From the NCBI GenBank assembly GCA_028713995.1, contig JAQTNF010000003.1, positions 2,020-66,019 on the forward strand: 64,000 bases of DNA, read 5' to 3'. Of this stretch, positions 19,932 to 29,819 are shown piece by piece. Source of the stretch: Deltaproteobacteria bacterium (GTDB taxonomy: Bacteria; Myxococcota_A; Polyangia; JAAYKL01). Position 1 is the stretch's first letter. Each line of letters opens with the position of its first letter. The notes under the pieces were generated by a model. That model did not search any database. It was not told the origin of the DNA and was given only the letters and a program-made list of their open reading frames with translations. Position numbers and translations under genes: made by a program.

Positions 19932-20300
19932 ATGAAGAATGGCGGATTCATTATGTTCAGGCGAACTCAGAACGCGCGGGAGATACTGAAGAAGCCCAAA
20001 GCGTTCACACTGCTCGCGCAGATCGCACAGCGCGCCCGGAGGAAGGGCGCGCTGACGCTGAACGGCCTTGGTGTGGGCGAGGCGCTCATCGGGGATCATG
20101 AGTCGATAGGTCTGTCAGAACAGAGCTACCGCTCGGCCAAGAAGCAACTCGCGGCCGCCGGATTGGCAACATTCCATCCAACGAGCCGAGGAACTGTCGC
20201 CCGCCTCGTCGATGACACGATATTCAACATCAACGGCGAAGACGTCAACGGGCGGAACAACAGACTGCTAACAGGCAGGCAACGGACAAACAACGACTAA
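19932..20300 (+). CDS. Putative winged-helix/HTH DNA-binding protein (replication or regulatory)
   Basis: 122 aa. ...SEQSYRSAKKQLAAAGLATF... Lies immediately upstream of the integrase. Confidence 0.35.
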   Translation: MKNGGFIMFRRTQNAREILKKPKAFTLLAQIAQRARRKGALTLNGLGVGEALIGDHESIGLSEQSYRSAKKQLAAAGLATFHPTSRGTVARLVDDTIFNINGEDVNGRNNRLLTGRQRTNND

Positions 20301-20448
20301 CAAGAATGGGAAAAAAGAGAAGAATGAGATATTAGTAGAACACAAATTGTTTGAAGATTATCCGTTAAAAAGTCGACACCGAAGCCTGCGCACGGGGAAC
20401 TGCCGCGCTTCCGGTCCCATTCCGACAAACAGTATTTATCAACAAATT

Positions 20449-21336
20449 ATGAACATCCTCGAGTTGCACCAACGGTTCCGGCGGTACTGCGCCATCGAAC
20501 AGGGGTTGTCCCCGCGCACGCTCCGCGCCATGGAATCCGCCGTGCGGACGTTCGTCCGTAGAACCGGCGCAATAGAGATGTCCGATGTCACCCTCGATCT
20601 CGTGCAGGGATTTTTTTACGAGGGGCGGGAAAAGCACCAGTGGGGGTTCTGGTGTTTTTCGAACTACCACAAGTACCTGAAAAAGTTCTTCGGGTGGTGC
20701 GTCTCGCAGGGGCACATGGCCGAAAACCCGCTCCTCGCCATCGGTCTTCCGGCCAGGCCACAGAAATTGCCGCGGCGCCTGTCGTTCGAGGAGGCGCAGC
20801 GCATCCTGTACTCGGCGTTCAACATCACCTGGCAGTACGAGTTCGAGCGGACGCGTAACCACGCCATCATCGCGATGCTTCTGTACACGGGACTGCGGGC
20901 ACAGGAACTCCTCAACCTCGAGGTCACTGACCTCGACCTTCGGTCCGGGTCTCTTCTGGTGCGCAGGGGCAAGGGAGCGAAGGACAGGTACGTGCCACTG
21001 CACTTCAAGCTCAGGTACGTCCTCAAACGCTACCTCGGCGACCGTCAGCGGCTCCGGAAGGAGAGCCCATTCCTGTTCACGGGCGTTAGGTCAGGGAAAC
21101 CGCTTGGGTACAAGGATCTGAGACGTGTGTGCCGCCGCGTCTCGAAAGAGACGCATGTCAGCTTCACGCCCCACCAACTCCGGCACACGTTCGCGAGCGT
21201 GTCGATCGATCAGGGCATGGGGCTCACGCAGGTGAAGGAGATCCTCGGGCACTCCAACATCGCTTCCACAATGATCTACGTGAGGCTGTCAACGCGAAGT
21301 CTGCGCGACGGATTAAATAAGATTGATTTATTTTAA
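20449..21336 (+). CDS. Tyrosine recombinase, XerC/XerD-like
   Basis: LSPRTLRAMESAVRTF N-terminal core-binding motif. RHTFAS...LGHSNIASTMIYVRL C-terminal catalytic motifs. ORF in the track starts at 20347; ATG at 20449 is preferred. Confidence 0.8.
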   Translation: MNILELHQRFRRYCAIEQGLSPRTLRAMESAVRTFVRRTGAIEMSDVTLDLVQGFFYEGREKHQWGFWCFSNYHKYLKKFFGWCVSQGHMAENPLLAIGLPARPQKLPRRLSFEEAQRILYSAFNITWQYEFERTRNHAIIAMLLYTGLRAQELLNLEVTDLDLRSGSLLVRRGKGAKDRYVPLHFKLRYVLKRYLGDRQRLRKESPFLFTGVRSGKPLGYKDLRRVCRRVSKETHVSFTPHQLRHTFASVSIDQGMGLTQVKEILGHSNIASTMIYVRLSTRSLRDGLNKIDLF

Positions 21337-21457
21337 ATCGGAGGTGTAGCCTGATATCAGGTTATAGGTCGTCGGAAAGAAGACCACTGACAGCAATCGA
21401 CTCTCGAAAAACGGCTTGAACAAGCCGTTAAGTCGAAATCGAAAAACGCGGTACCAC

Positions 21458-21502
21458 CTCTTAAGCTATTGGTCCTGGGTTCGAGTCCCAGAGCACCCAC
21501 CA
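21458..21502 (+). mobile_element. 3' fragment of a tRNA gene (T-arm, acceptor 3' strand and CCA only), a putative att site remnant
   Basis: cctgggttcgagtcccagagcacccacca. No complementary 5' acceptor strand (gggtgct) within 150 nt upstream. Confidence 0.55.
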
Positions 21503-21584
21503 AAATGGCTTACGGAAGCCGAAAAACGCGCGTCAGGGGTCGAGCCGAGGGTCTATAGCCGCAGGCTATTAACCCCCGGCACTT

Positions 21585-22484
21585 ATGTCTCAAGATATTT
21601 TACAGCTCCACGCGCTCTTCTGTCAGGAAGCGGTGCTCATCCGTAACTTTCGACCGGCCACCATCAAGTGGTACAGGACCGCGCTCAAGCAGTTCCTCAA
21701 GTTTTCGGGCGACAGGCTTTCGGGCATTCAGAGCATCACGACCGAGGTCTTGCGCACGTATCTCTACCACCACCGCCTCAACAATGGCTGGGCGTCGGAG
21801 ACATTTTTATCACATTACAAGGCGCTCAAATCGTTCCTGAAATGGTGTGTGAAGAACGACTACCTTTCATCGAACCCCATCGAGCCGATCGAGCGACCGA
21901 AGCTCGAGAAGAAGCTCCCCAAGCGCATCACCAAGCAGGACGCGCTCCGCGTCCTCGAGTACGCGTTCAACGCGCGGACGAGCTACAGGTTCGAACGGTA
22001 CAGGAACAGGGCCTTGCTCGCCGTGATGATCTTCGCCGGACTGCGCGCGAAGGAGACGCTCGACCTCCGGCTCGGCGACGTGGATCTGGCGAACAGCATC
22101 ATCCACGTGCAGCTCGGCAAGGGAGCTAAAGACCGCGTGGTCCCTATCTCCCCGCGGCTTCACCGCTATCTCGCGGAGTATCTCGATGACCGAAACCGCC
22201 TTCGGAAAGAGAGTGAGCTGTTCTTCGTCACGCTCCAGGGAAACGGGGCGTTCACGTACACCGGCCTGAAACGGGTCGTGGACAAGGCGCGAAAGGCGAC
22301 GGGGATAGCGTTCTCGCCGCACCGTCTTCGTCACACGTTCGCGACGCTCATGCTCGAAGGAGGGTGTGACTTGTTCAGCTTACAAAAAATGCTCGGGCAC
22401 TCGGACATCAAGACGACGACGATCTATCTGTCGGCCAGCGTGAGCATGTTGCAGGCGCAGATCGTGAAACACCCGTTGGGGTAA
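21585..22484 (+). CDS. Tyrosine recombinase, XerC/XerD-like; paralogue of 20449..21336
   Basis: 299 aa. RHTFATLMLEGG...LGHSDIKTTTIYL. Preceded by ttaacccccggcacttATG, which resembles the module tail. Confidence 0.8.
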   Translation: MSQDILQLHALFCQEAVLIRNFRPATIKWYRTALKQFLKFSGDRLSGIQSITTEVLRTYLYHHRLNNGWASETFLSHYKALKSFLKWCVKNDYLSSNPIEPIERPKLEKKLPKRITKQDALRVLEYAFNARTSYRFERYRNRALLAVMIFAGLRAKETLDLRLGDVDLANSIIHVQLGKGAKDRVVPISPRLHRYLAEYLDDRNRLRKESELFFVTLQGNGAFTYTGLKRVVDKARKATGIAFSPHRLRHTFATLMLEGGCDLFSLQKMLGHSDIKTTTIYLSASVSMLQAQIVKHPLG

Positions 22485-22616
22485 GAATTTATTCTGCGTC
22501 CCCGCCCTCCTGAATCATTAGTCAGTGGACCCCCCAAAGAGCCATGTCGGGTTTCGCCGTTTTCACGTCATTGCGGCAAAAAACTTAGTGTCCACAATAT
22601 ATTTAGAGGTGCAAAA

Positions 22617-23318
22617 ATGGTCTTTTGCCAGACTCCTTTTTCCCAAATACCGTCAGACCGGCCTTCCGACCAGAACAGGTGGGACTCAGCGATCCCCGTC
22701 ACCACAGGTGACGGCAGCAGGGACAGATTAATGTTGTGGGGAGACAACCCCGGCCACTGTGACCTCTGTCCGGGATCAACCCTTCCTACCGCCCTTCGTA
22801 GGAAACTTGGACGCCGTGCCCAGCGAGCGTGCTCGGTCTTCCAAGACAGTCAGTCAGATCTCACAGTCGGCGGCTTCAAGCCGATGTGCGCTCTTATGGG
22901 GCTGTCGCAGGCCCAGAAAGGCAAGTTTGTCATGAGCTCCGAAAAATGTCTCAACCCCCCGTTCAGCACCCCCACCGAGTCGGCGAAACGAGCCCTTGTG
23001 GCCAGGGCGATCGCCCAGCTCAAAGAACTCCGAATCGATGACTCTCCTGAAGGCTCGGTCAAAGTCCTGCAGCAGGCTCTTGCGGCCGTTCTCGTCGTCT
23101 CCGACGGCACGTCACAGCCATCCTATTCGGTGCTCGTCGATTTCCTCGTGGGAGAGCGTGGCCCTTTGCGCGGTATCTGCCGGGCCGATCGTGTCCCAAT
23201 CACCGACGATATCGACGGCGTGATCGCCGAGGTGCACGGCCGGTACCGCGGGCTCGCACTCACCGAAACCGACGCCTGCCTTCTCGATCTCGCCGGTTGG
23301 GAAAGGGAGAAGCAATGA
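22617..23318 (+). CDS. Hypothetical protein; first gene of the island-II operon
   Basis: 233-aa ORF. High GC. Start uncertain. Confidence 0.4.
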   Translation: MVFCQTPFSQIPSDRPSDQNRWDSAIPVTTGDGSRDRLMLWGDNPGHCDLCPGSTLPTALRRKLGRRAQRACSVFQDSQSDLTVGGFKPMCALMGLSQAQKGKFVMSSEKCLNPPFSTPTESAKRALVARAIAQLKELRIDDSPEGSVKVLQQALAAVLVVSDGTSQPSYSVLVDFLVGERGPLRGICRADRVPITDDIDGVIAEVHGRYRGLALTETDACLLDLAGWEREKQ

Positions 23319-24820
23319 CCAACACCGAAAAGACTCCCTCGCACGGCTTCGGAACACAGCTCGTCATTATTGGGGCAGGAGCCGCCGTCATCATCGTGGT
23401 CGTGAAGATCCTCCTCTTCCTACGAAACCTCCTGTACTCGGCGCTTCATTTCATCGGCAGCGTCCTCTCTTTCCTGTGGACCGCCGCGCTGGCAACCGGC
23501 TCCGCAGTCGTCACGGCGCTCCTCGTCGCGCTGTTGGGCGATGCGCTCGCACCCATTTTCCGTGCAGGTCGCTGGCGAGGTGAGGTTCGTCGTTCGATTG
23601 CGAGCTGTGCACTGCCCACCATCAGGACGTTCCGCGGGTCTGACAGCACCAGCGAGGTCGACATGTGGCTCGCCCACGTGGTCCTGCGCGGAAAATACGT
23701 CGAGCTGTTTGGCGAAGAACCCGGCGCGAACGCTTTCGCACGGGGCGAGGCGGATTTTGCGGAATTCGTTGCGAACGAGCTCCCGCGTGCTTTGAGAGGG
23801 CCGTTCAAATTCACGGTCGAAAGCCAGATATTTACCCCGATATTCGAGACCTACCGCGCGGGGGACGAGCGCACCGTGAAGTGGGTCAATGACACTATAA
23901 TCTCGAAACGCGTTCGTCATCCTGTTCGCGCGCTCGGTCGCGTGATCGGGACCATCACTCTCAAGAGATTTGGGTTCGGCGCCAACGAAGGCTACCTGCC
24001 CGAGACGGTCGAACGGCGCTGCGCGGATCGTCGTTTCATTTTCGACCAAGTCCTGTGGCCGCATTTTTGGGCTAACGCGCGCCTGGTCGAGAGCTGGGTT
24101 CCCTTCGATCTCGCCGTAGAGCGCGAACCAGCGCCCCTTCCTGGAAGCTCGCGTGAAGAACAGGTCGTTGAGCGCGTGCCAGTGGACGAGCTGCGTTACC
24201 TCCTGCCGCCCCACATCGAGGACTACGAGCTGCAGGACAGGGAGCCCGAAGACGACCCGCCCGATTATGATCTCGACATCGACGACGACTCCCCGGACCT
24301 GGCCGCAATCCGCGCCGAGGCGGAATCCGCGGTGCAGGCGGTGATGGAGCGGTGCAACACCGACGGCCCATGGTGGGAGTCTGATCGCGCCGCCAAGACG
24401 CTCGCGGAATGCGATGCGGTGTTTCTCGCGGCTCTCCCATACTTCCACGACGCGCAGTTTATCTACGAACAACTGGCGCGGAACGAAATGCGAAAACACC
24501 GACTCGCAGGCTTTACCGTCACGTTCGAAGCCGCCATGCGAGAAGAGGGCGCTGAAGATCCGTTCATTTTGCCCTGGCTCGCCGCCGCAGTGATGGAACT
24601 CGATGGCGACATCAATCTCAAGCGTTTCCGCAGGCTCGCCCTGCGCAACTATCTGAATCACCTCGAACCACCGAGCTCCGCGGTCGCGCCCGTGCCCTCG
24701 GCTACGCCTGAATCACCACCACCGCCTCCCGCAGCTCCCGCGACCGTGCATGCGGGCGACGAACAACCCAAACCGGAAACCGCCAGGCCGAGGCTTAGGC
24801 GTGTGCCGAGCTGTTTTTAA
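23297..24820 (+). CDS. Membrane protein of unknown function
   Basis: 507 aa. 2-3 N-terminal TM helices. Acidic, Pro-rich tail. Overlaps the previous gene. Confidence 0.5.
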   Translation: MGKGEAMTNTEKTPSHGFGTQLVIIGAGAAVIIVVVKILLFLRNLLYSALHFIGSVLSFLWTAALATGSAVVTALLVALLGDALAPIFRAGRWRGEVRRSIASCALPTIRTFRGSDSTSEVDMWLAHVVLRGKYVELFGEEPGANAFARGEADFAEFVANELPRALRGPFKFTVESQIFTPIFETYRAGDERTVKWVNDTIISKRVRHPVRALGRVIGTITLKRFGFGANEGYLPETVERRCADRRFIFDQVLWPHFWANARLVESWVPFDLAVEREPAPLPGSSREEQVVERVPVDELRYLLPPHIEDYELQDREPEDDPPDYDLDIDDDSPDLAAIRAEAESAVQAVMERCNTDGPWWESDRAAKTLAECDAVFLAALPYFHDAQFIYEQLARNEMRKHRLAGFTVTFEAAMREEGAEDPFILPWLAAAVMELDGDINLKRFRRLALRNYLNHLEPPSSAVAPVPSATPESPPPPPAAPATVHAGDEQPKPETARPRLRRVPSCF

Positions 24821-24832
24821 GGAGGTACTTCG

Positions 24833-26077
24833 ATGAACTATCCAATGTACACGATGTGGCGGCGAATCCTCATTGGTATCATCGGTGGGGGCGCGGCGGC
24901 AGGATTCATTGTCAGCGTACGGGGGTTCAGCTCCTACGGCTCCACAGGTTTCATCGACGGTACCATCATCCCAATCGTCTTCATGGGCGTTGCGGATGTC
25001 TTTATTTGGTTTGCGTGGAAATTTCTGCTCGACCACTTCCCCTTTTGTTCGGTGCAAAGACGGTGGCAGCTCCTTATAGTTGCGATGGTCCTGATCGCCT
25101 TCGTTGGCTGCACAAACATCTACTTCTCAATTTTCACATTAGGTGGAGAAAAAACCATGCAGAGGGACGCAACGCTCGTGCTCGCCCGCGCCGAGCAGAC
25201 GCTCCATGCGCTTTACCGGCAACGCGCAGCAGAACAAGGAATCGTCGGCCTCCTCGAGGATCAGGCGAATATCTACGCTGCGCACGTTCGTGGCGAGATG
25301 AACGGCGGGATCTGGTCGAGGGGCAAACGCGGAGTCGGGCCGATAAGCGAGACCATCCGCAGCCTCCAACGGGGTTTCGAAGACGCAGCCGCAGCGCTAC
25401 ATCAGGCGACCGCAGAGAACGAGCGCCGGTATAAGAAGGGGGCAACCATCCTCGCAGAGCTTCGAGACCTCGTTGGCAACGCCGAGGTGCCGATCACCGA
25501 ACGTTCGAACCGCGTCCAGAAACGCCTCTCGGATTTTACGGCCATCGCCGTCGACATGGAGCGCTCCGACCTTCCACGGATCGAGTCACTCGTAAGGCGT
25601 TTGGACTCGGTCGCGCTCGTCTCTAACAACAACGACACGCAGATGGCCCAGGCAGTCGAGAGCCTCCGCGGTGCGGTTGAGAAGTCGAAAGAGACCGTCC
25701 TTGAAAAAATCTCCGACTTGCAGAGCAACGCGCAACCCATTCCGCCGCAGCAGTACCTCCTCCTCGACCGATTTCAATCGATAACCGAGCACTGGTCTTA
25801 CATCGTCCCAATCATCGCCTGCACAACATGTATGGATGTTGCGATCCCGCTCGTTTCTATCTTCGTCCTCACATTCATCGTGTCGAGAGCCTCCCCAAAA
25901 ACCAAAAGCAAACCGGAAGGAATGGAGAACCGGCATGAGCGGACTCGACCTGAGCATCGGGAACTCACTGACATCGATGTTGCGCAACAACTCCGAACCC
26001 TGCGCCGGGCAGCGGCAGGCGCCGCGCAGCAATCTCGGGCGGATCGCGGAATCGGGGGAGAGCCTGTTTCTCGATGA
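24833..26077 (+). CDS. Membrane protein with a coiled-coil region
   Basis: 414 aa. TM helices at the N-terminus and near residue 320. Confidence 0.5.
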   Translation: MNYPMYTMWRRILIGIIGGGAAAGFIVSVRGFSSYGSTGFIDGTIIPIVFMGVADVFIWFAWKFLLDHFPFCSVQRRWQLLIVAMVLIAFVGCTNIYFSIFTLGGEKTMQRDATLVLARAEQTLHALYRQRAAEQGIVGLLEDQANIYAAHVRGEMNGGIWSRGKRGVGPISETIRSLQRGFEDAAAALHQATAENERRYKKGATILAELRDLVGNAEVPITERSNRVQKRLSDFTAIAVDMERSDLPRIESLVRRLDSVALVSNNNDTQMAQAVESLRGAVEKSKETVLEKISDLQSNAQPIPPQQYLLLDRFQSITEHWSYIVPIIACTTCMDVAIPLVSIFVLTFIVSRASPKTKSKPEGMENRHERTRPEHRELTDIDVAQQLRTLRRAAAGAAQQSRADRGIGGEPVSR

Positions 26078-26116
26078 CGCCATGAGACGACGCCTGATGA
26101 CGCATGGAGGCATTAT

Positions 26117-28540
26117 ATGACACTGGACCTGAGCATAGGCAGCTACCTCTCTTCGGAACTCCAGCGAGACGGCGTGAGTGGCCACGCTCGCAGAGTGCTT
26201 TCCGACGGCATCAACCTCGGGGCGGACACGGAGACCGGGAAGGACCTCTGGATCCCGGATTTCTACCGCTCCCGACACATGCTCTTCGTGGGCCGAAGTG
26301 GCAGTGGCAAGACTGGAGCTCTGGCTTCCATCGCATTCCAGGATATCGCACGGGGCTACCCGTTTATACTTCTTGACCCTATGCGCAGCCTCTACGAGAT
26401 GATACTGGGGTTCGCCGGACAACTCAATGAGCGCATGTCCCTGCTCGCGAGAACGCCGTACCCGAGACTCAATTCGAAGATCCGCGCCATCCGCGACGAG
26501 CTTCTCGGCAAGTTCGACTTCCTCGATTTCGAAGACCGGGACTGCAATGGCTTTCGTTACAACCCTCTCGAATGCGATGGCCTATCGCCCGCTGAGTGCG
26601 CTGGAGTTTTCCTTCGATCATACGAAAGATCAACTCAATCGGATCTAAATGAACAGATGAGACGTTCCTTGATTCTCCGCTCCGCATGCAGCCTGATCGC
26701 ATCGGCAAATGGTACACTGCTCGATGTCCCGACTCTCCTGAGCATGGATAGCGATGACATCATCTGCTTCATCGAAAGACTCGCCAACAAGACGGAGGCC
26801 GAAGGCGGCAGGATCGAGCTTTCTTACATCAGGGAGTATGTCCAGAAATTCCTATGCGAAACGAGCGGTAAAGAACGGCGTGACCTAGTTGCAAGCACAT
26901 GGACCGCTTTAACGATGTTTCTGGCGGACGAAAAAGTGCGGAAGTGGGTAGGAAGCCCCAAGGGGAACCTGAAAATCGATTCTGCCGTGAACGAAGGGCG
27001 CTACCTCGTTGTGAATCTTCCGAGGAACGACCTCAAATCGCAGAAAGTTCTTGGCTCGATCATCCTCGACCGTGCTCAGGTGGCCTTCGAACGCAGGAAT
27101 CACGAGCAATGCAAAAAGCCTGTCTCACTGATCATCGACGAATGGCATATTTTCATCGGAATTGAATTTGCACAGACGATTGCCACGATTCGTAACCGTG
27201 GCTGCAATCTCGTTTTATCGGGTCAACATTTTTCTCAAATGCTCGCCCAGGATGGCGGCACCCAGATACTGGATGCGGTGACCGCCAACACTTCCGTCCA
27301 CGTTTATTTCACACTGGACGCCCGTGACGCGTACGAGCAGGTCGTCCACCGCATCTTTCACCCCAAGGGGTTCATGCGTAAGCCCGAGGTCGAGGAAATC
27401 TCACGTTCTGCGTCCGTGTCGCATGGCCGGGGAAAATCGCGCTCCGTCACAAAAACCGTCAGCGAGTCGTTCGGAGAATCCGAAGGCGTGACGGTCTCTC
27501 TCGGAAACGGCATGCAGGTCTCGTTCAGCGAGTCGGAGGGCGTCTCCCGGGCGTTCGTAAAATCGCTCGGCCTCACAGTTTCCCAGGGCAGCAGCAGGAG
27601 CCATTGTGTGTCGAAGAGCCACGGTGTCTCCGTCACACGTACAGATTCGGAGACTATCGTCGAGGGATCGGGGACGGCCGAGGGCACGTCCCACGGCGAG
27701 GGCTCTTCCGAATCACAGGGCTCGGGAACGTCATTATCATCAGGCCACTCAGCGGGCGAAGGGATGTCGTTCAGCTTCTCCGATGGGCAGTCGCTGTCGG
27801 GCAGCGGTGTCGGCGCCGCGCTTGCCGGGATGAACGCTTCCACGCATGAAAACAGCGGCCACGGCATGAGTAGCAGCTCGTCCTCCAACCTCGGCAACTC
27901 GGACTCCACGTTCTCGTCCGTCGGCCGCAACCTGACAAACGCCGTCTCCAGCGTGATCAGCGGCACGCGCTCACTCGCGAAAGGCAGAAGTAAAAGTGTG
28001 GGCGCCAGCAAGTCCACATCGAAGTCCGTTTCCGAAGGCACGTCCGAGTCGGAGGCGCTCTCGCGTTCCGTGTCGCAGGGCCTGTCATTCATCGAGGGCT
28101 TCTGCCGCACGGCAGGCAAATCCATCTCCGAGTCGATCGCCGAGTCGCGCTCGAAGTCGCACACGGTCGGTTTTTCCGAATCGCACGGCACGTCGGAGTC
28201 GGAGCAAGAAGGCCACACCGAGGGCGAGACGAGGACTCGCAGGGCTCCTTATATGTCGGTAGACGATGAAGCACGCGTGAGAAGCTACGAGCTTGCAGAG
28301 CTGCCACCGCGGCACGCCTACGTGTTCACGCGCGAGGACGGCAAGGTCACGCGCATCGTCACTCACGACATCCCGTTCGAGTTCGATAACCACCTGGGCG
28401 GCGTCGACTACACCGCGCGGTTCCTCGAGAGCGTGCGCCCGGCGCCGGTGGAGATACCGGAGAAGAACGTGTTCGAGCGCCTGGAGGCCGAGGGGCGGAA
28501 GGACAAGCGCGCCAGCCTGAAGGCGCCGGAGGGGATGTAG
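26117..28540 (+). CDS. Type IV coupling-protein-like (VirD4/TraG/TraD family) P-loop ATPase with a long Ser/Gly-rich low-complexity region
   Basis: 807 aa. HMLFVGRSGSGKTG...PFILLDPMRS (Walker A and the DPKG-like segment). LIIDEWHIF (Walker B). Residues about 420-760 are SESEG/SxS repeats. Confidence 0.55.
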   Translation: MTLDLSIGSYLSSELQRDGVSGHARRVLSDGINLGADTETGKDLWIPDFYRSRHMLFVGRSGSGKTGALASIAFQDIARGYPFILLDPMRSLYEMILGFAGQLNERMSLLARTPYPRLNSKIRAIRDELLGKFDFLDFEDRDCNGFRYNPLECDGLSPAECAGVFLRSYERSTQSDLNEQMRRSLILRSACSLIASANGTLLDVPTLLSMDSDDIICFIERLANKTEAEGGRIELSYIREYVQKFLCETSGKERRDLVASTWTALTMFLADEKVRKWVGSPKGNLKIDSAVNEGRYLVVNLPRNDLKSQKVLGSIILDRAQVAFERRNHEQCKKPVSLIIDEWHIFIGIEFAQTIATIRNRGCNLVLSGQHFSQMLAQDGGTQILDAVTANTSVHVYFTLDARDAYEQVVHRIFHPKGFMRKPEVEEISRSASVSHGRGKSRSVTKTVSESFGESEGVTVSLGNGMQVSFSESEGVSRAFVKSLGLTVSQGSSRSHCVSKSHGVSVTRTDSETIVEGSGTAEGTSHGEGSSESQGSGTSLSSGHSAGEGMSFSFSDGQSLSGSGVGAALAGMNASTHENSGHGMSSSSSSNLGNSDSTFSSVGRNLTNAVSSVISGTRSLAKGRSKSVGASKSTSKSVSEGTSESEALSRSVSQGLSFIEGFCRTAGKSISESIAESRSKSHTVGFSESHGTSESEQEGHTEGETRTRRAPYMSVDDEARVRSYELAELPPRHAYVFTREDGKVTRIVTHDIPFEFDNHLGGVDYTARFLESVRPAPVEIPEKNVFERLEAEGRKDKRASLKAPEGM

Positions 28541-28542
28541 CC

Positions 28543-29463
28543 ATGTCGTACGCCAAGGGTGACGCAGAAATCTTGCTCGCACTCAACGAGTACCGCTACC
28601 TGCAGAGTAGTCAACTCTCGTGGCTCCTCTCGAGGAGCGCACAGGTTACCCGCAGACGCTGCCGCGAGCTCATCTCTCTTGGCTACGTCACGGGTATCGA
28701 GCGCACGCCCTTCAACGAGCGGGTTTTCGCGCTTGGGAGCAAGGGTTTCGAGTGGGTAGCGGCCGAGATCGGACGCAAAGGGAACCTGCCGTTCTCGAAA
28801 AAGGCCGCGCGCATCGAGACGCCGTTCCTCGCGCACGCGCTTCTCTCGAACGACTGCCGGATATCGTTCTCGCTGGCGACACGCGAGCACCCTCACGTCG
28901 CGCTCCTGCGCTCGGTAGGCGAGAGTGAAATGGCCGCCCCTGACGAGCGGGAGCCCTGGAAGAAGTATGTGCTCTATGAGCGGCTCACCTACGAGGCGAA
29001 CGGCAAGAAGAAACACACCAGCTTTCGCCCCGACGCTGCCGTGTTTCTTTACCCGAGGTCGCAGGGGCCGCGGCACCTCGGCGCGTTCTACATCGAAGCG
29101 GATCGCAACACGGAAAGTGTCTCTGCGAGGATAGCCGAGAAATTCACGGGGTACAGGCTCTACTACGATCGCGAGCTCTACTCCCGCCTATTCGGCGCGA
29201 GCGTCATGCGCGTACTGTTCGTACTCGACAACGGCAACTTCGGGCGCAGGGCGCGCACCATGCAGTCGCTCCTCCAGGCAACCGCGGAAAACCTCGGCGA
29301 CCCCAATCCCGTCGAGGGCGAGGGCTCTCCCGCCGACTTCGTACACATGTTCCGCTTCGCCGACGCGCGCGTGCTCACAGACAAGAACATCATCGACGAA
29401 CCGGTCTTCCAGGACTGGCGGGGCAACCCGATCAGCCTCTACAGGAGAACGGCGAATGCGTGA
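28543..29463 (+). CDS. Replication-relaxation family protein (mobilisation/relaxase-associated)
   Basis: 306 aa. N-terminal wHTH ILLALNEYRYLQSSQLSWLL...CRELISLGYV. FRPDAAVFLY...AFYIEADRNTES. Confidence 0.5.
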   Translation: MSYAKGDAEILLALNEYRYLQSSQLSWLLSRSAQVTRRRCRELISLGYVTGIERTPFNERVFALGSKGFEWVAAEIGRKGNLPFSKKAARIETPFLAHALLSNDCRISFSLATREHPHVALLRSVGESEMAAPDEREPWKKYVLYERLTYEANGKKKHTSFRPDAAVFLYPRSQGPRHLGAFYIEADRNTESVSARIAEKFTGYRLYYDRELYSRLFGASVMRVLFVLDNGNFGRRARTMQSLLQATAENLGDPNPVEGEGSPADFVHMFRFADARVLTDKNIIDEPVFQDWRGNPISLYRRTANA

Positions 29464-29636
29464 AAGACGACGTTCGCAGCCGTCTATAGGAACCGGCCGA
29501 CGAAGCCGATTCCCCCGAACACCGGACCTGTGCCGACCGCGCGGACAACGCCCGCGGACGGATTCTTCTGAGTACCTGTCCTACGCGACGACCAAAGAAA
29601 GGAGACGACTGGAGTCATATTTTAACAATCGTCGCT

Positions 29637-29819
29637 ATGATCACCACAACCACAACCTCGGAGTGCGTGTGCCAAGAGTGCGGCTCGATGAACTGTCTTG
29701 CGCACTGGTACGAGGGCGACATCTTCGGCCAGTGCGGAGACTGCGCGAGCTACGACACACTCTGGGTCACCCACTCCACACCGGCGAAAGCCGCCGATCC
29801 AGTGCCCACTCTTTCGTGA
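29637..29819 (+). CDS. Possible small Cys-rich zinc-ribbon protein
   Basis: 60 aa. CQECGSMNC...CGDC. Modest RBS. Confidence 0.25.
   Translation: MITTTTTSECVCQECGSMNCLAHWYEGDIFGQCGDCASYDTLWVTHSTPAKAADPVPTLS

Noticed and set aside
21400-21510. Complete tRNA or tmRNA
   Set aside because: Only the 3' T-arm and acceptor are present. A tmRNA 5' end would lie inside the integrase CDS.
23420-24661. 413-aa minus-strand ORF
   Set aside because: Opposite-strand shadow of 23297..24820, which has TM helices and operon context.
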